A DNA stretch of 64,000 nt from an uncultured Methanomicrobiaceae archaeon (GCA_963826525.1 CAWGXH010000003.1:1-64000); one strand, 5' to 3'; positions 51,028-61,043 are shown, numbered from the stretch's first letter. The notes: generated from the sequence alone by a model not told the origin. Translations and numbers: made by a program.

Positions 51028-52014
51028 ATGAAACAACTGCTCGTGCTCGTACTGATCGCACTCTGTCTTCTGCCTGCAGTATCGGATGCGTTCGTCTTTC
51101 TCTCGGATGACCAGGTGGTGATCACTGCGCCGATCGACGATGATGTGATCGCCTCCGGCGGGACGATCCTGGTGAACGCTCCGGTGCAGAGTCTGACCGC
51201 CACCGGGGGGTCGATCATCGTCAATGCCCCGGTTGCCGGGGATGTGATCGCCGCCGGCGGGACGATCACCATCGGTGCCGACGTCGACGGCAAAGTGCTC
51301 GCGGCGGGGGGAAGCATCGGGATCAACAGAACCGTGGAGAACGCCCTCCTCACCGGGGGGACGGTGGTCCTCGGTTCGTCGGCAACGGTGCTCCGGGACG
51401 CGGTGATCAGCGCAGGGAGCGTTACCAATGCAGGAACCGTGATGCGGAATCTGAGCGTCTCTGCCAACACCTTTGAGAACCCCGGCACCGCCGGAGCCAT
51501 CACCTATGAGCAGCGGCAGGCAGGATCGAATATCCCCGGCGGGTTCGGTCTGCTCTCTCTCCTCGTCACCGTCGGTTTCCTCTTTCTCGGGGTTATTCTG
51601 ATCCAGATCTTCCCGGAGGAGTTTGCCCACGTCGTACGCGAGGTCGTGACGAATCCGGTCATCAAGACGATCGTCGGGTTCTTCGGCGTCATCATCTCCG
51701 CACTCATCCTCTTCGTGATCGCGATCACCGTTATCGGCCTCCCCATCGCCGCCGTCCTCGGGATGTTCTTTCTCATCGCGGTCCTGCTCTCGAGCCTCTT
51801 TGTTGCGTTCGCCCTCGGGGACGCCGTCGTCTCGCGTCTCCGGTGGAAGACAGGGGTCACCGTAACCTTCGTGCTTGGATTTGTACTGCTGCAGATCCTC
51901 TATCTCATCCCGGTGTTCGGCTGGCTTGTCCAGGTAGGAGCGGTCAGCCTCGGGTACGGCGCGTTCCTCTATGCCCTGCGGGACGCGTGGCGAGTGTACT
52001 CGGGCCAGATATAA
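51028..52014 (+). CDS. Membrane protein with bactofilin-like beta-helix repeats and multi-TM C-terminus
   Basis: Signal peptide, repeated DVIAAGGTITI.A.V.G units, ITVIGLPIA and IPVFGWL motifs. Confidence 0.85.
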   Translation: MKQLLVLVLIALCLLPAVSDAFVFLSDDQVVITAPIDDDVIASGGTILVNAPVQSLTATGGSIIVNAPVAGDVIAAGGTITIGADVDGKVLAAGGSIGINRTVENALLTGGTVVLGSSATVLRDAVISAGSVTNAGTVMRNLSVSANTFENPGTAGAITYEQRQAGSNIPGGFGLLSLLVTVGFLFLGVILIQIFPEEFAHVVREVVTNPVIKTIVGFFGVIISALILFVIAITVIGLPIAAVLGMFFLIAVLLSSLFVAFALGDAVVSRLRWKTGVTVTFVLGFVLLQILYLIPVFGWLVQVGAVSLGYGAFLYALRDAWRVYSGQI

Positions 52015-52058
52015 CACCGGATACTTATTTCCGGCATGCCGCAAGAGAGAAAAGGCGT

Positions 52059-52340
52059 ATGGAACCGCACAACCTGAACATGGCCGCAGAACCCTGCCGC
52101 TGGTGCGGCGGCACCGGCAGGAGCAACGCGCTTCACCACCGGCATCCGCCGGGCCCCTGCCGTGCCTGCGCCGGAGCCGGCAGCGTCCTCGTCTACCTGC
52201 CGGCGGTGGCATGCCCGGGATGCGGTGGTACAGGCGTGCACAACGCCCCCGACCCGGCTTTCGGCAGCGTCCCCTGCCACGACTGCTCCGGCACCGGATG
52301 GAGTTTCTTCATCCACCGTTTCGATGGCGACGGCGTCTAA
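52059..52340 (+). CDS. Stand-alone DnaJ-type CXXCXGXG zinc-finger protein
   Basis: CRWCGGTG, CRACAGAG, CPGCGGTG and CHDCSGTG in 93 aa. Confidence 0.75.
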   Translation: MEPHNLNMAAEPCRWCGGTGRSNALHHRHPPGPCRACAGAGSVLVYLPAVACPGCGGTGVHNAPDPAFGSVPCHDCSGTGWSFFIHRFDGDGV

Positions 52341-53842
52341 CGATCGGCGGCGTCCGTGCCCGGGGTGACCCGCTCGATCCGGGTCTCCGGCTGGATGACG
52401 AGGTTGTAGGCGTTGTGTTCCCTGTTGTAGCGGACGACGACGCCGGAGATCCGGACGATATCGCCATAGGGAGTGTTCTGCAGAATATATCGGTTCTCGC
52501 CCTTCAGGTAGCGGGGGACGATTGCATAGACGGGGTTTGCGGGCGTCCCGTCGCAGAGTTTGTAGACCTTCGATTCGGCGTCCCCGAGGTTGCCGGACAT
52601 AACCGCGGCGACGACGTTGATCTGCCTGTTCTGGTGCCGCTGGAGTTGCGAGAAACGGGCAACCTTCGCCCCGGGGGGTACCCGGTAGGCGCAGCGCGCG
52701 AGGCTGTCCTTCCGGATTGTAGCCGAGGAGTACTTGATGTCGGTATTGACGAACCGGTAACCCTCGGAACCTTCGGCAAGCCCCTTCATCAGCCGTGTCG
52801 GGCGGATATCGATCTTCTGTTCGAACGTCCAGCACCGGGCAGGGTTGCAGTGCGTGCCCCAGAGGAACGAGCACGGCCGGTAGATGGAGAGGCCGCTGTC
52901 TGCAAGCGCCCGCACGGTCTGCCGCATCGTGGTCGCGTTGGCGAGATCCGCGGGCTCGACGATGACGATCGTCCCGTCGTCCGCGAGACGATCCGCAAGG
53001 GAGAGGACGAGCTCGGCTCGTTCTTTGACGGAGATCTGCCGGAGTTCGTTCAGCACGTTCGAGAAGACCATCAGGTCTATCTTACCCGGGACGGCACCCT
53101 TCGGCAGTGCCTGCAGATCGGCGAGGAGCGGCTTCTCAGCGGTCACCCTCCCGCCGGGTTCGGCCGCCGGAGGAACGAGGGCGTTGTAGGCCTCGAGGTT
53201 CTCTTCTGAGCGGTCGATGGCAAAGATGCGGGCACTCCCCTGCCCGAGCCGGTCGAGGAGATCGATGATCGCGAGCGGCACGACGCCGGGGCCGGATCCG
53301 ACGTCGAGGATCCGCATTCGCTCCTTGACGAGCCCGTCCTCGATGAGCTGCCAGAGGATATGCTCGAACTGCACCAGGTAGACCGGGGCATGGTAGCCGA
53401 GATAGCCGAGCACCTGGTAGCCTTTCTGGTATCTGCCAGCCTGCTCTCTCCAATAACGGCTCTTCTGGGCCAGGATGGTGCTCCTCATCCGTTCGAGCAC
53501 TGTTGGGTCGTCCCACGGTTTTCCTGTCTTCTTCTCGACGTACGCCTCGATGAGGTGCTGGATGCTCTCGGGAACGGCGGGAGACCGGAAGAACGCCTCC
53601 TGGCGCCGTCGACCGCCTTCGGTTGGGGAAAGCGGCTCTGGCGGCGGCATCCGCGCGAGCTCGTAATCCTCGCCCCGGGGGCGGATCGTAAGGTCGAGGC
53701 CCTGGAGGGCGGGCTCTATCGCTGCCGCGAGATCCGGCAGCGACCGCTCGTCTGCCAGGCACTGCCTGACTTCGGAGAGGCGGAACTCCGGCGATCTCGC
53801 CGCCAGATATTTCAGGGTTGCAATGACCTCCTGCTCGCTCAT
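52337..53842 (-). CDS. SAM-dependent methyltransferase, Rsm22/METTL17-like, with C-terminal OB-like domain
   Basis: YLGYHAP, LDVGSGPG, FSNVLNEL, IVEPAD, Cys cluster PCSFLWGTHCNPARC, KLCDG. Confidence 0.75.
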   Translation of the reverse strand: MSEQEVIATLKYLAARSPEFRLSEVRQCLADERSLPDLAAAIEPALQGLDLTIRPRGEDYELARMPPPEPLSPTEGGRRRQEAFFRSPAVPESIQHLIEAYVEKKTGKPWDDPTVLERMRSTILAQKSRYWREQAGRYQKGYQVLGYLGYHAPVYLVQFEHILWQLIEDGLVKERMRILDVGSGPGVVPLAIIDLLDRLGQGSARIFAIDRSEENLEAYNALVPPAAEPGGRVTAEKPLLADLQALPKGAVPGKIDLMVFSNVLNELRQISVKERAELVLSLADRLADDGTIVIVEPADLANATTMRQTVRALADSGLSIYRPCSFLWGTHCNPARCWTFEQKIDIRPTRLMKGLAEGSEGYRFVNTDIKYSSATIRKDSLARCAYRVPPGAKVARFSQLQRHQNRQINVVAAVMSGNLGDAESKVYKLCDGTPANPVYAIVPRYLKGENRYILQNTPYGDIVRISGVVVRYNREHNAYNLVIQPETRIERVTPGTDAADR

Positions 53843-53986
53843 GGTCTTATCTCCTCTCCCGCTGGGTTAATAGCGGTTGTGGAGCGGGGAACTCGTGCCC
53901 GTCTCTTCGAGGCTCACGGACAACTGCAGATCCTCCGTGGAGAATCGCAAACCCGGGCGGGTGCAGTGACCGGGAGCGCCATACGC

Positions 53987-54574
53987 TCAGCATTCGCGGC
54001 CGGCATCCCGGCCGAGCCGGAACGCTTTTTCGTTGATCTCGACCGTCTTTTTCGGGACGCACTTCCTGACCGCCTCGAGAAGCGCCTCCGGCGAGAGCGG
54101 AATATCGTTCGAGGCGGCACCGAGCAGGACGATGTTCTGTGCGAGCAGGCTTCCCGCCTCTGCGGCGAGCGCCGCTGCATCGATGGAGGTGACGGAAAGC
54201 CCCGCAAGATCGGCGAGAATCTCGTCCTCGCTCGGGACGCGGAGGTTCTGCATGTATACCGAGGTCGGGGCGACAAACCGGCTGTTCGTCACGACCCTGC
54301 CGCCCTCCGGCAGGTAGTGGCGGTAGCGGAGCGCTTCGAGGAGATCGAACGCGATCAGGAGATCGGCAGTCCCCGGTGCGATCAGCGACCCGTGCTCGGC
54401 GCCGATACGGACGTGGTTCTCAACCGATCCCCCCCGCTGGGCCATCCCATGCGTCTCCGCACTGCGTACCGGCTTTCCCTCGGCGATGCACGCCTCCCCG
54501 AGGACGTTTGAGGCGAGCACCGTGCCCTGCCCGCCGATCCCGACTATCAGAATATCGAATGACTCCTTCATCAT
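53987..54574 (-). CDS. iorB: Indolepyruvate:ferredoxin oxidoreductase beta subunit
   Basis: VGIGGQGTVLAS, AETHGMAQRGGSV, NEKAF. Confidence 0.93.
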   Translation of the reverse strand: MMKESFDILIVGIGGQGTVLASNVLGEACIAEGKPVRSAETHGMAQRGGSVENHVRIGAEHGSLIAPGTADLLIAFDLLEALRYRHYLPEGGRVVTNSRFVAPTSVYMQNLRVPSEDEILADLAGLSVTSIDAAALAAEAGSLLAQNIVLLGAASNDIPLSPEALLEAVRKCVPKKTVEINEKAFRLGRDAGREC

Positions 54575-56343
54575 CTCCCCTCCTTTCGAATGGCGCCTGC
54601 AGGACAGATGTCGGCGCAGACACCGCACCCGGCACAGAGATCGGTCACCGTCGCTCTCTCCTCCGTGAATGCAATGGCCGGGCAGCCGAACGAGAGGCAG
54701 ACGCCGCACCCGGTGCAGCGCTCCGTATCAACGGCGTAGGGCTTTCGCTTCATCCCGGCGCGGCGTGCCGAGATAACGCAGGGCTGCTTTGCGATGATCA
54801 CCTTCACGCCGCTCTTCTCCTTCGCCTGCCGGAAGGTGGCGAGCAGCATGGGCAGATCGTACGGGTCGACCGTCTCCACGAACGAGACGCCGCAGGCGCG
54901 GCAGATGGCATCGAGCGAGATCGGGGTGCTCGCTTCTCCCATGGCCGTCACACCGGTGTTCGGATTCGGCTGGTGGCCGGTCATGGCGGTGATCCGGTTG
55001 TCGAGGATCACCACCGTCATATTTGCGCCGTTGTAGACGGCGTTCAAGAGGCCGGGTATCCCCGTATGGAGGAAGGTCGAATCCCCTATGGTGCAGACGA
55101 CATCCCGCTCCTCGCCGGACTGCTTCATCCCGCTGCCGACCGTGATCGAGGCGCCCATGCAGATCGTCGTATCGACGCCGCCGAGCTGGAGGCCGAGGGT
55201 GTAGCACCCGATGTCGCTCGGGAATACGCCGTCTCTGAAGACCTTCCGCATCGCGTAGAAGGTGGAACGGTGCATGCAGCCGGCGCAGAGGATCGGCGGC
55301 CGCGGCGGTATTCCTTCGATTGGGGAGGCGGCCCGGAAGGATCTCGTCGGTGCAAAGCCGGCCTTCTCCATAGCAAGGGCGACTTTAGCGGGGGAGAGTT
55401 CCCCCTCGAAGGGAACGGTGCCGGAGAGTTTCCCGAAGACCTCGGTCGTCGTTGCGACCATCCGTACCGCCTCCTCGACGATCGGTGCGAGCTCCTCGAT
55501 GACGAGCAGGCGCGTATGCCGGTCGACGAACTCCCTGAGCCAGTCTTCGTCGATCGGGTATGCCCCCACCTTCGCAAAGGAGACGTCGTCCGGGATGACT
55601 TCCTGGACGTAGGATGCGGCAACGCCGCTCGCGATGATCCCGGTCTTCCCCCGGATCTCGGCACGGTTGTAGCCGAGTTCGACGAGCCGCCTCTTGATCG
55701 CCGGCTGCTTCTCGTTCAGCTTCACGTGAAGCACGCGGGTGTGCGCCGGGATCACCACGTACTGCTTCGGGTCGCGGCGGAACGTTCCTTTGCGGTGTTC
55801 CTGCCCGATCTCGCCGAGCGTGACATCGCTCTTTGAGTGGCAGATACGCGTCGTCGGCCGGAAGATGACGGGGAGAGCGAACTCCTCGGAGAGGGTGAAT
55901 GCATCCCGGATCATATCGTGCGCCTCCTGGACGGTCGCGGGGTCGAGGCAGGGTATCCGGGCGAAATGGGCGTAACAACGGGTGTCCTGTTCATTCTGAG
56001 AACTGTGTGCGAAGGGATCGTCGGCGGAGAGGACGACGAGCCCTCCCGTAACGCCGGTGTATGCACTGGTCATCAGGGGGTCCGCTGCAACATTCAGGCC
56101 GACGTGCTTGGTCGTGAAGAGTGCGCGGGCAGTGCACCACGCCGCTGCGAGTGCGTTCTCATAGGCGACCTTCTCGTTCGTCGACCACTCCACGTAGAAC
56201 GATCGTTCCTCCTGCGTTCGCAGGAGATCTATCACTTCAGAAGAAGGCGTTCCCGGATAGCCGCTTGCAAAATCGATATTTGCCTCAAGGCATCCGTGTG
56301 CGATGGCCTCGTTCCCGAGTAGGTATCGTATTGCCATATCCAC
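54571..56343 (-). CDS. iorA: Indolepyruvate:ferredoxin oxidoreductase alpha subunit
   Basis: LLGNEAIA, YPGTPSSE, NEKVA, KHVGLNVAADP, RPPILCAGCMH, DIGCYTL, GDSTFLH, C-terminal ferredoxin. Confidence 0.96.
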   Translation of the reverse strand: MDMAIRYLLGNEAIAHGCLEANIDFASGYPGTPSSEVIDLLRTQEERSFYVEWSTNEKVAYENALAAAWCTARALFTTKHVGLNVAADPLMTSAYTGVTGGLVVLSADDPFAHSSQNEQDTRCYAHFARIPCLDPATVQEAHDMIRDAFTLSEEFALPVIFRPTTRICHSKSDVTLGEIGQEHRKGTFRRDPKQYVVIPAHTRVLHVKLNEKQPAIKRRLVELGYNRAEIRGKTGIIASGVAASYVQEVIPDDVSFAKVGAYPIDEDWLREFVDRHTRLLVIEELAPIVEEAVRMVATTTEVFGKLSGTVPFEGELSPAKVALAMEKAGFAPTRSFRAASPIEGIPPRPPILCAGCMHRSTFYAMRKVFRDGVFPSDIGCYTLGLQLGGVDTTICMGASITVGSGMKQSGEERDVVCTIGDSTFLHTGIPGLLNAVYNGANMTVVILDNRITAMTGHQPNPNTGVTAMGEASTPISLDAICRACGVSFVETVDPYDLPMLLATFRQAKEKSGVKVIIAKQPCVISARRAGMKRKPYAVDTERCTGCGVCLSFGCPAIAFTEERATVTDLCAGCGVCADICPAGAIRKEGR

Positions 56344-56444
56344 TCTAAATGTACCTCAATCATCGGTTTTTAAGATACTGATCTGAAATCCGATTCAAAA
56401 CCCTTAATACCTACGACGAGAGAAGTTGTAGGTAGTCCCCGAGG

Positions 56445-56517
56445 GGGCCCGTAGCATAGCTGGTGGTGCACCCGGCTGATAACCGGGAGGTCATGCGTTC
56501 GAATCGCATCGGGCCCA
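56445..56517 (+). tRNA. tRNA-Ile (GAT)
   Basis: Acceptor GGGCCCG/CGGGCCC, anticodon arm CCCGG-CTGATAA-CCGGG, T-arm ATGCG-TTCGAAT-CGCAT; CTTAATA promoter upstream, T-tract downstream. Confidence 0.97.
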
Positions 56518-56983
56518 TTTTCCCTCCTTTAAATCTCTATTCGGCTAAAACCGGCTTTCTGCATCCGCTCTTGGGCATCTGTTTTCGGCGATCTCTGATC
56601 TTGCCTCTGCACCTTGGAAATGCGCTTTCCCCTTCATGGCCGGGGCGCTTGTCGACTCCGTGATGCGCGCCGGGGTATGTGTCGTGGGGCACGTTTCCGA
56701 AGACCCAACTCGGGCGGCTTCGGCAGTCCGGGACGGTTTTCTCCGCCGAGGCGCTGCGCCCCGCTCCGGTACGTCGTGAAGACTGGTGGGGGGCTATGCC
56801 GATCTCGTCTCCGGGTTTTGCCCGGGGCGCCTTGGCGGCGGCTGAGGACGGGCGGGCAGATATTGGAAGTAGCGGGAAGGGAAGAATTGTTCTCGGTCGG
56901 GCCCGCGACCCGGAGACGCTACGGTGCAGCGCCGCGACGCTCCTTCTTGAAGGATTAATATCCCCGGCATGCCTATTCTCTGT

Positions 56984-57436
56984 ATGGATAAAAACCAGAA
57001 GGTCGTCCTGGTCGTCGGACTTCTTGCGGTTCTGGGACTGCTCTTCATCAACATCTACCTCGCACTCATCGCCCTCGTCATCGTGGTTGTTCTCCTGATG
57101 AGCCTGCGGATCATGAGCGATACCGTCGATAACCCCGATATCGTCGCCGTGCTGGACGAGGATGCGAAAGGAGTGACCGTGAAGAACCAGGGGAATGCCG
57201 AGGCGTTCAGGATTCACGTCGCCGTCGTTCCGCTCAATATCGAGTTTGACGTGCCGTCCCTGAAAGTGGATGAAGTGTCGGAGTACGCGCTGCCGGCGAT
57301 GATCGAGCAGGCAAAAGCGGTTGTCACCTACGAGAACGACCGCGGCCAGAAATATGCAAAAACCTACATGCTCTCGGCGCTCGGAGGCGATGAGGATCTG
57401 TTAAAACCGGTATTCCCACTCTTCGGGTGGAAATAG
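56984..57436 (+). CDS. Hypothetical membrane protein (2 TM + Ig-like beta domain)
   Basis: Hydrophobic N-terminus, then VTVKNQGNAEA. Confidence 0.75.
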   Translation: MDKNQKVVLVVGLLAVLGLLFINIYLALIALVIVVVLLMSLRIMSDTVDNPDIVAVLDEDAKGVTVKNQGNAEAFRIHVAVVPLNIEFDVPSLKVDEVSEYALPAMIEQAKAVVTYENDRGQKYAKTYMLSALGGDEDLLKPVFPLFGWK

Positions 57437-57438
57437 GG

Positions 57439-57963
57439 TTATGTGGATAGGTACTCGAGTGTCTTGCCGAGGGCATCCACGAGTTCCCTCTCTTTCTGCA
57501 GATACTCCCGCATCGCCCGGTAGAGCATGAACACGATCTCATAGCCGTAGAGCTCGAGCGCGGTAGCCGCATCGAGAGGACTTTTGTACGAATCGATGCG
57601 GATCTCGGTGGAACTGTACATCAGTTCGTAAAAGGAGCCGTCTTCGGAGAGGACACAGAGCTGGGTGTCGACCGCCTTGCTCATATCGTCCGGCCGGTAC
57701 GCGAGCGGCTCGGTCTTCCCAAGGAGGATCATCTTCTCGGAGTAGAATTCGGGATCGTAGAGTTCCCCGTTCGCATCCTTCCGTGCCCGGAAGAGCATGG
57801 CAAGGCCGATCCGGGAGACAAGCGGTGCGGTCTCTCCGGCCATGCGGGCAAGGAGGGCGCTCTCCTGCTTTCTGACCTCCGCTGCACGCTCTTCTTCGAC
57901 ACCGGCGAGTTCCTTGAGGCTCTCGATCAGTCGGGTATACCCCTCTTCAATAATCTCGTCCAT
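57439..57963 (-). CDS. Hypothetical protein
   Basis: GGAG RBS before MDEIIEEGY; protein-like composition, helical termini. Confidence 0.75.
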   Translation of the reverse strand: MDEIIEEGYTRLIESLKELAGVEEERAAEVRKQESALLARMAGETAPLVSRIGLAMLFRARKDANGELYDPEFYSEKMILLGKTEPLAYRPDDMSKAVDTQLCVLSEDGSFYELMYSSTEIRIDSYKSPLDAATALELYGYEIVFMLYRAMREYLQKERELVDALGKTLEYLST

Positions 57964-58030
57964 AGGTCGTCTCCACTCTTTTTGGTCGCTCTGATTATTC
58001 TCTTGCCGCGCCGCGGATAAACGTGCCGGA

Positions 58031-58837
58031 TCAGCGTCCGTTCCATACCCGTGCCGCAACTGCGGCAGCATACCCGGCGGTGCCTATCAGGATGATCGTC
58101 GCTCCCGAGGGGACGTCGAGGAGATACGAGAGCCAGATCCCGCCTGTCGTGTAGAGAATGCCGAGTGCGACGGAGAGGAGCATCATAGGCCGTATCCGGG
58201 AGGTGAACTCCGCGCTGGTTGCCGGAGGGAGGGTGAGGAGCGCGATCACGAGGATGATCCCGACAACCCGGATGAGCATCACTACCGTGCATGCAACGAG
58301 GGCGAGGAGGAGCAGGTAGAACGTCCGTACCGGCAGGTTCATGATCGTTGCGTACTCTTCGTCGAAGGTCACCGCGAGAAACTCATTGTAGAAGAGGAGA
58401 ACCAACCCGACCGTAACGGCGACGAGGCCGCCCATCAGCCAGAGGTCTCCCGCAGGGACGAGGAGGATGTTGCCGAAGAGGTAACTGAAGAGGTCGGGAG
58501 CAAAACCCGGCGTGAGATAGACGAAGAGGATGCCGACTGCCATTCCGGCGGCCCAGACCGCCCCGATGAGCGTATCCATCCGCTGCTTTGCAGAGAGACG
58601 CACGGCGCCCATGCCGAGTGCGGCGGCCAGGGTGAACCCGAAAGCCCCGAGGATCGGATCGATCCCGAGATAGTAGCCTAGGCCAATCCCCCCGAACGAT
58701 GCGTGCGAGATCCCGCCCGCTATGAAGACCATCCTTTTTACGACGACGTAGGTTCCGATGACACCGCAGGCGACGCTGGCGAGCAGTCCTGCGAGAAGGG
58801 CGTTCTGGAAGAACGCATACCCGAGCACCTCGAGCAC
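58031..58837 (-). CDS. Zn/Mn ABC transporter permease (ZnuB-like)
   Basis: GISHASFGG, SYLFGNIL, FDEEYA, VVGIILVIALL, DVPSGA. Confidence 0.92.
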   Translation of the reverse strand: MLEVLGYAFFQNALLAGLLASVACGVIGTYVVVKRMVFIAGGISHASFGGIGLGYYLGIDPILGAFGFTLAAALGMGAVRLSAKQRMDTLIGAVWAAGMAVGILFVYLTPGFAPDLFSYLFGNILLVPAGDLWLMGGLVAVTVGLVLLFYNEFLAVTFDEEYATIMNLPVRTFYLLLLALVACTVVMLIRVVGIILVIALLTLPPATSAEFTSRIRPMMLLSVALGILYTTGGIWLSYLLDVPSGATIILIGTAGYAAAVAARVWNGR

Positions 58838-58840
58838 GGA

Positions 58841-59609
58841 CTACTCCTCCTCCTCGTGTTCGCGGAAGATCCGGTGGGGCAGGCCGTGAGCGATGAGATC
58901 GACCGGGCAGTGGTACGTGGCGGAGAGCATATCCGCGGTGATCTCAGGTCGAGTCGTGCGTGTAGAGCCGCCGGTTGAGGCAGGCAACCTTCGTTACGTG
59001 CGACGAGATGACCCCGATATCATGCGTCACGAGGACGATCGTCATCGCTGCCAAAAGCCGCTCCAGAGTCTCGTAAAACCGCATCTCGGTCGGGGCGTCC
59101 ACGTAGATGGTCGGCTCGTCCAGCAGGAGCACCTCCGGCTCTCCTGCAAGCGCCCGGGCGATGATCGCGCGCTGCTGCTGACCGCCGGAGAGCGCCCGGA
59201 GTTCCCGGTCGGCGAGATCGCCGATCTCCATCATATCGAGCGCTCTTGCCGCATGGTCGTAGTCCTCCTCGCGGTAACGCCGGATAGGACCGGGGATGTG
59301 GCCGAGCCTGCCGGAGAGCACCATCTCCATCACGGTGATGGGGTAGGAGAAGTCGAAGGTTCGGAACTGGGGGACATACCCGAGCAGCTGCCGCTTCTCG
59401 CGGGGCGAGCCGCCGAAGATACGCACTCTACCCTCCGAGGGGTGGATCAGCCCGAGGATCACCTTGAGAAGCGTGGTCTTGCCGCTCCCGTTCGGACCGA
59501 TGACGGCGTAAAAGTCCTGCGGACGGATGGTGAGGTTCACGCCCTCGAGTACGGGTCTTTTCCCGAGCCAGACCGAAACGTCCTCAAGAGCGATAAGAGG
59601 GTCCATCAT
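58841..59609 (-). CDS. Zn/Mn ABC transporter ATPase (ZnuC-like), frameshift near 58947
   Basis: GPNGSGKTT, LSGGQQQR, LLDEP, VTHD; tail YHCPVDLIAHGLPHR in shifted frame. Confidence 0.92.
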
Positions 59610-60508
59610 GCCTCTTCGGGCGTGGTAAACGCCTCCGCCACCGTCCGCATATTCGCGGTGTAGTTCCGTGCGAGCGGGGAAACCAGCACGACCCTGCCGC
59701 CGACCTCGGCCGCGATGACCTCGGCACTCCGGGTCGAGAACTCGGGCTCCGCGAAGATGACGGTGATATTCTCTGCCTTCGCCTCTTCGATAAGGCGCTC
59801 GAGGCCCTGGGGCGTCGGCTCTTTCCCGTCCTCCTCGATCGGTACCTGGGTCAGGCCGTACTCGTTCGCAAAGTACGTCCAGGCCGGGTGGTATACCATG
59901 ATCTCCCGCGTCCCGCTCTCTTCGATAGCCCGGCGGATCTCCTGATCGAGGCTCTCGAGCTCCTGCAGGTACGCATCTTTGTTCTGCCGGTAGTACTCCT
60001 GATGCTCCGGATCAACGGCCGCAAGCCCCGTGTAGATGTTCTCAACCATGACTTCTGCGTTCCGGGGCGACGTCCAGATGTGCGGGTCGGTCTCCGGGGT
60101 TCGATCAGGTCGACCCCCTTCGAGCAGTCCACGACGAGCATCTCCGGGGAGAGGGCGGTGATCTTATCCATCCATGCACGTTCGAACTCGATGCCCGATC
60201 CCACCTTCGCGTACATCGCCGCCTGACTGACGGCCGCCAGGTCTCCCGGGGTCGGTTCGTAGGTGTGCGGGCTTGCTCCCGGGGGCACCATGATCGCAAC
60301 GTGGACGCGATCCCCCCCGACCCGTTTCGACGAACTCCGCCTGCGGGGGGATTGTCACGGCGACGGTGATCGCGTCATCCGCAGCATCCGCCTGCTCCGC
60401 ACCGGTGCATCCCGCCGCTGCAGAGAGCAGAAGAAGGGCGGCAAGTGCGGCACAGAGGGGATAGGCGCTTCGCAGCAGCTCTCGTATATTCCCGATTGAA
60501 GGTATCAT
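59606..60508 (-). CDS. Zn/Mn ABC transporter substrate-binding lipoprotein (ZnuA-like), two frameshifts
   Basis: AGC lipobox, VTIPPQAEFV / PPGASPHTYEP / DPHIW, YHPAWTYFA, GKEP. Confidence 0.9.
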
Positions 60509-60525
60509 TCTGCGTCCTCTCCTGA

Positions 60526-60542
60526 TTTGGTATCGAGCTAAA
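60526..60542. promoter_or_regulatory. Putative DtxR-family operator upstream of znuA
   Basis: TTTGG-N7-CTAAA imperfect palindrome; twin site at 61027-61043. Confidence 0.55.
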
Positions 60543-60557
60543 TTCGGTGCGCTGTCC

Positions 60558-60995
60558 TCAGGCCGTCTTTCCGGGACAACAGCAGCAGATATCGTGCTCG
60601 ATCTGGCCGCAGACGCTCATCATCGGGTGGCCGAGCGATGAGCAGATCCTGTCGACCAGATCTTTGGAGATGCAGCCTTCGAGTTTCCGTGCCTCCGTGC
60701 AGGCCTCCTCTGCCGAAAGGCCGAACCGGCTGAGCATGAGAGCGACGATCCGGTGGCGGCGGACGAGAAATCGTGCGTATCGCTCGCCTTCGCACGTCAG
60801 CGCAAAACCATGGTAGGGGGAATGCTCGAGGTATCCCGCCCGTGCGATCTCTTCGAGCGTCTTCGTGGCGGTCGACGGGGCGACCGCGAAGTGTGCGGCG
60901 ACGTCCGTGGTCCTGGCCGTTTCGCCGCGGATATGGATGTATTTGAGGTACTCTGCCTTTTTTGCGGAGAGTTCGTGCCCGCTGATCCCCTGCAT
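60558..60995 (-). CDS. DtxR/MntR-family metal-dependent regulator
   Basis: EYLKYI...ARTTDVA..FAVAPSTAT...PYHGFALT..G...RRHR...LGHP; Cys-rich tail. Confidence 0.88.
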   Translation of the reverse strand: MQGISGHELSAKKAEYLKYIHIRGETARTTDVAAHFAVAPSTATKTLEEIARAGYLEHSPYHGFALTCEGERYARFLVRRHRIVALMLSRFGLSAEEACTEARKLEGCISKDLVDRICSSLGHPMMSVCGQIEHDICCCCPGKTA

Positions 60996-61026
60996 GCGGT
61001 GTAGTCTTGCGGTCATGCAGGTAAAG

Positions 61027-61043
61027 TTTGCGGTCTGTCTAAA
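61027..61043. promoter_or_regulatory. Putative DtxR-family operator upstream of the regulator gene
   Basis: TTTGC-N7-CTAAA adjacent to a TATA-like TTTACC about 28 bp before ATG 60995. Confidence 0.55.
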
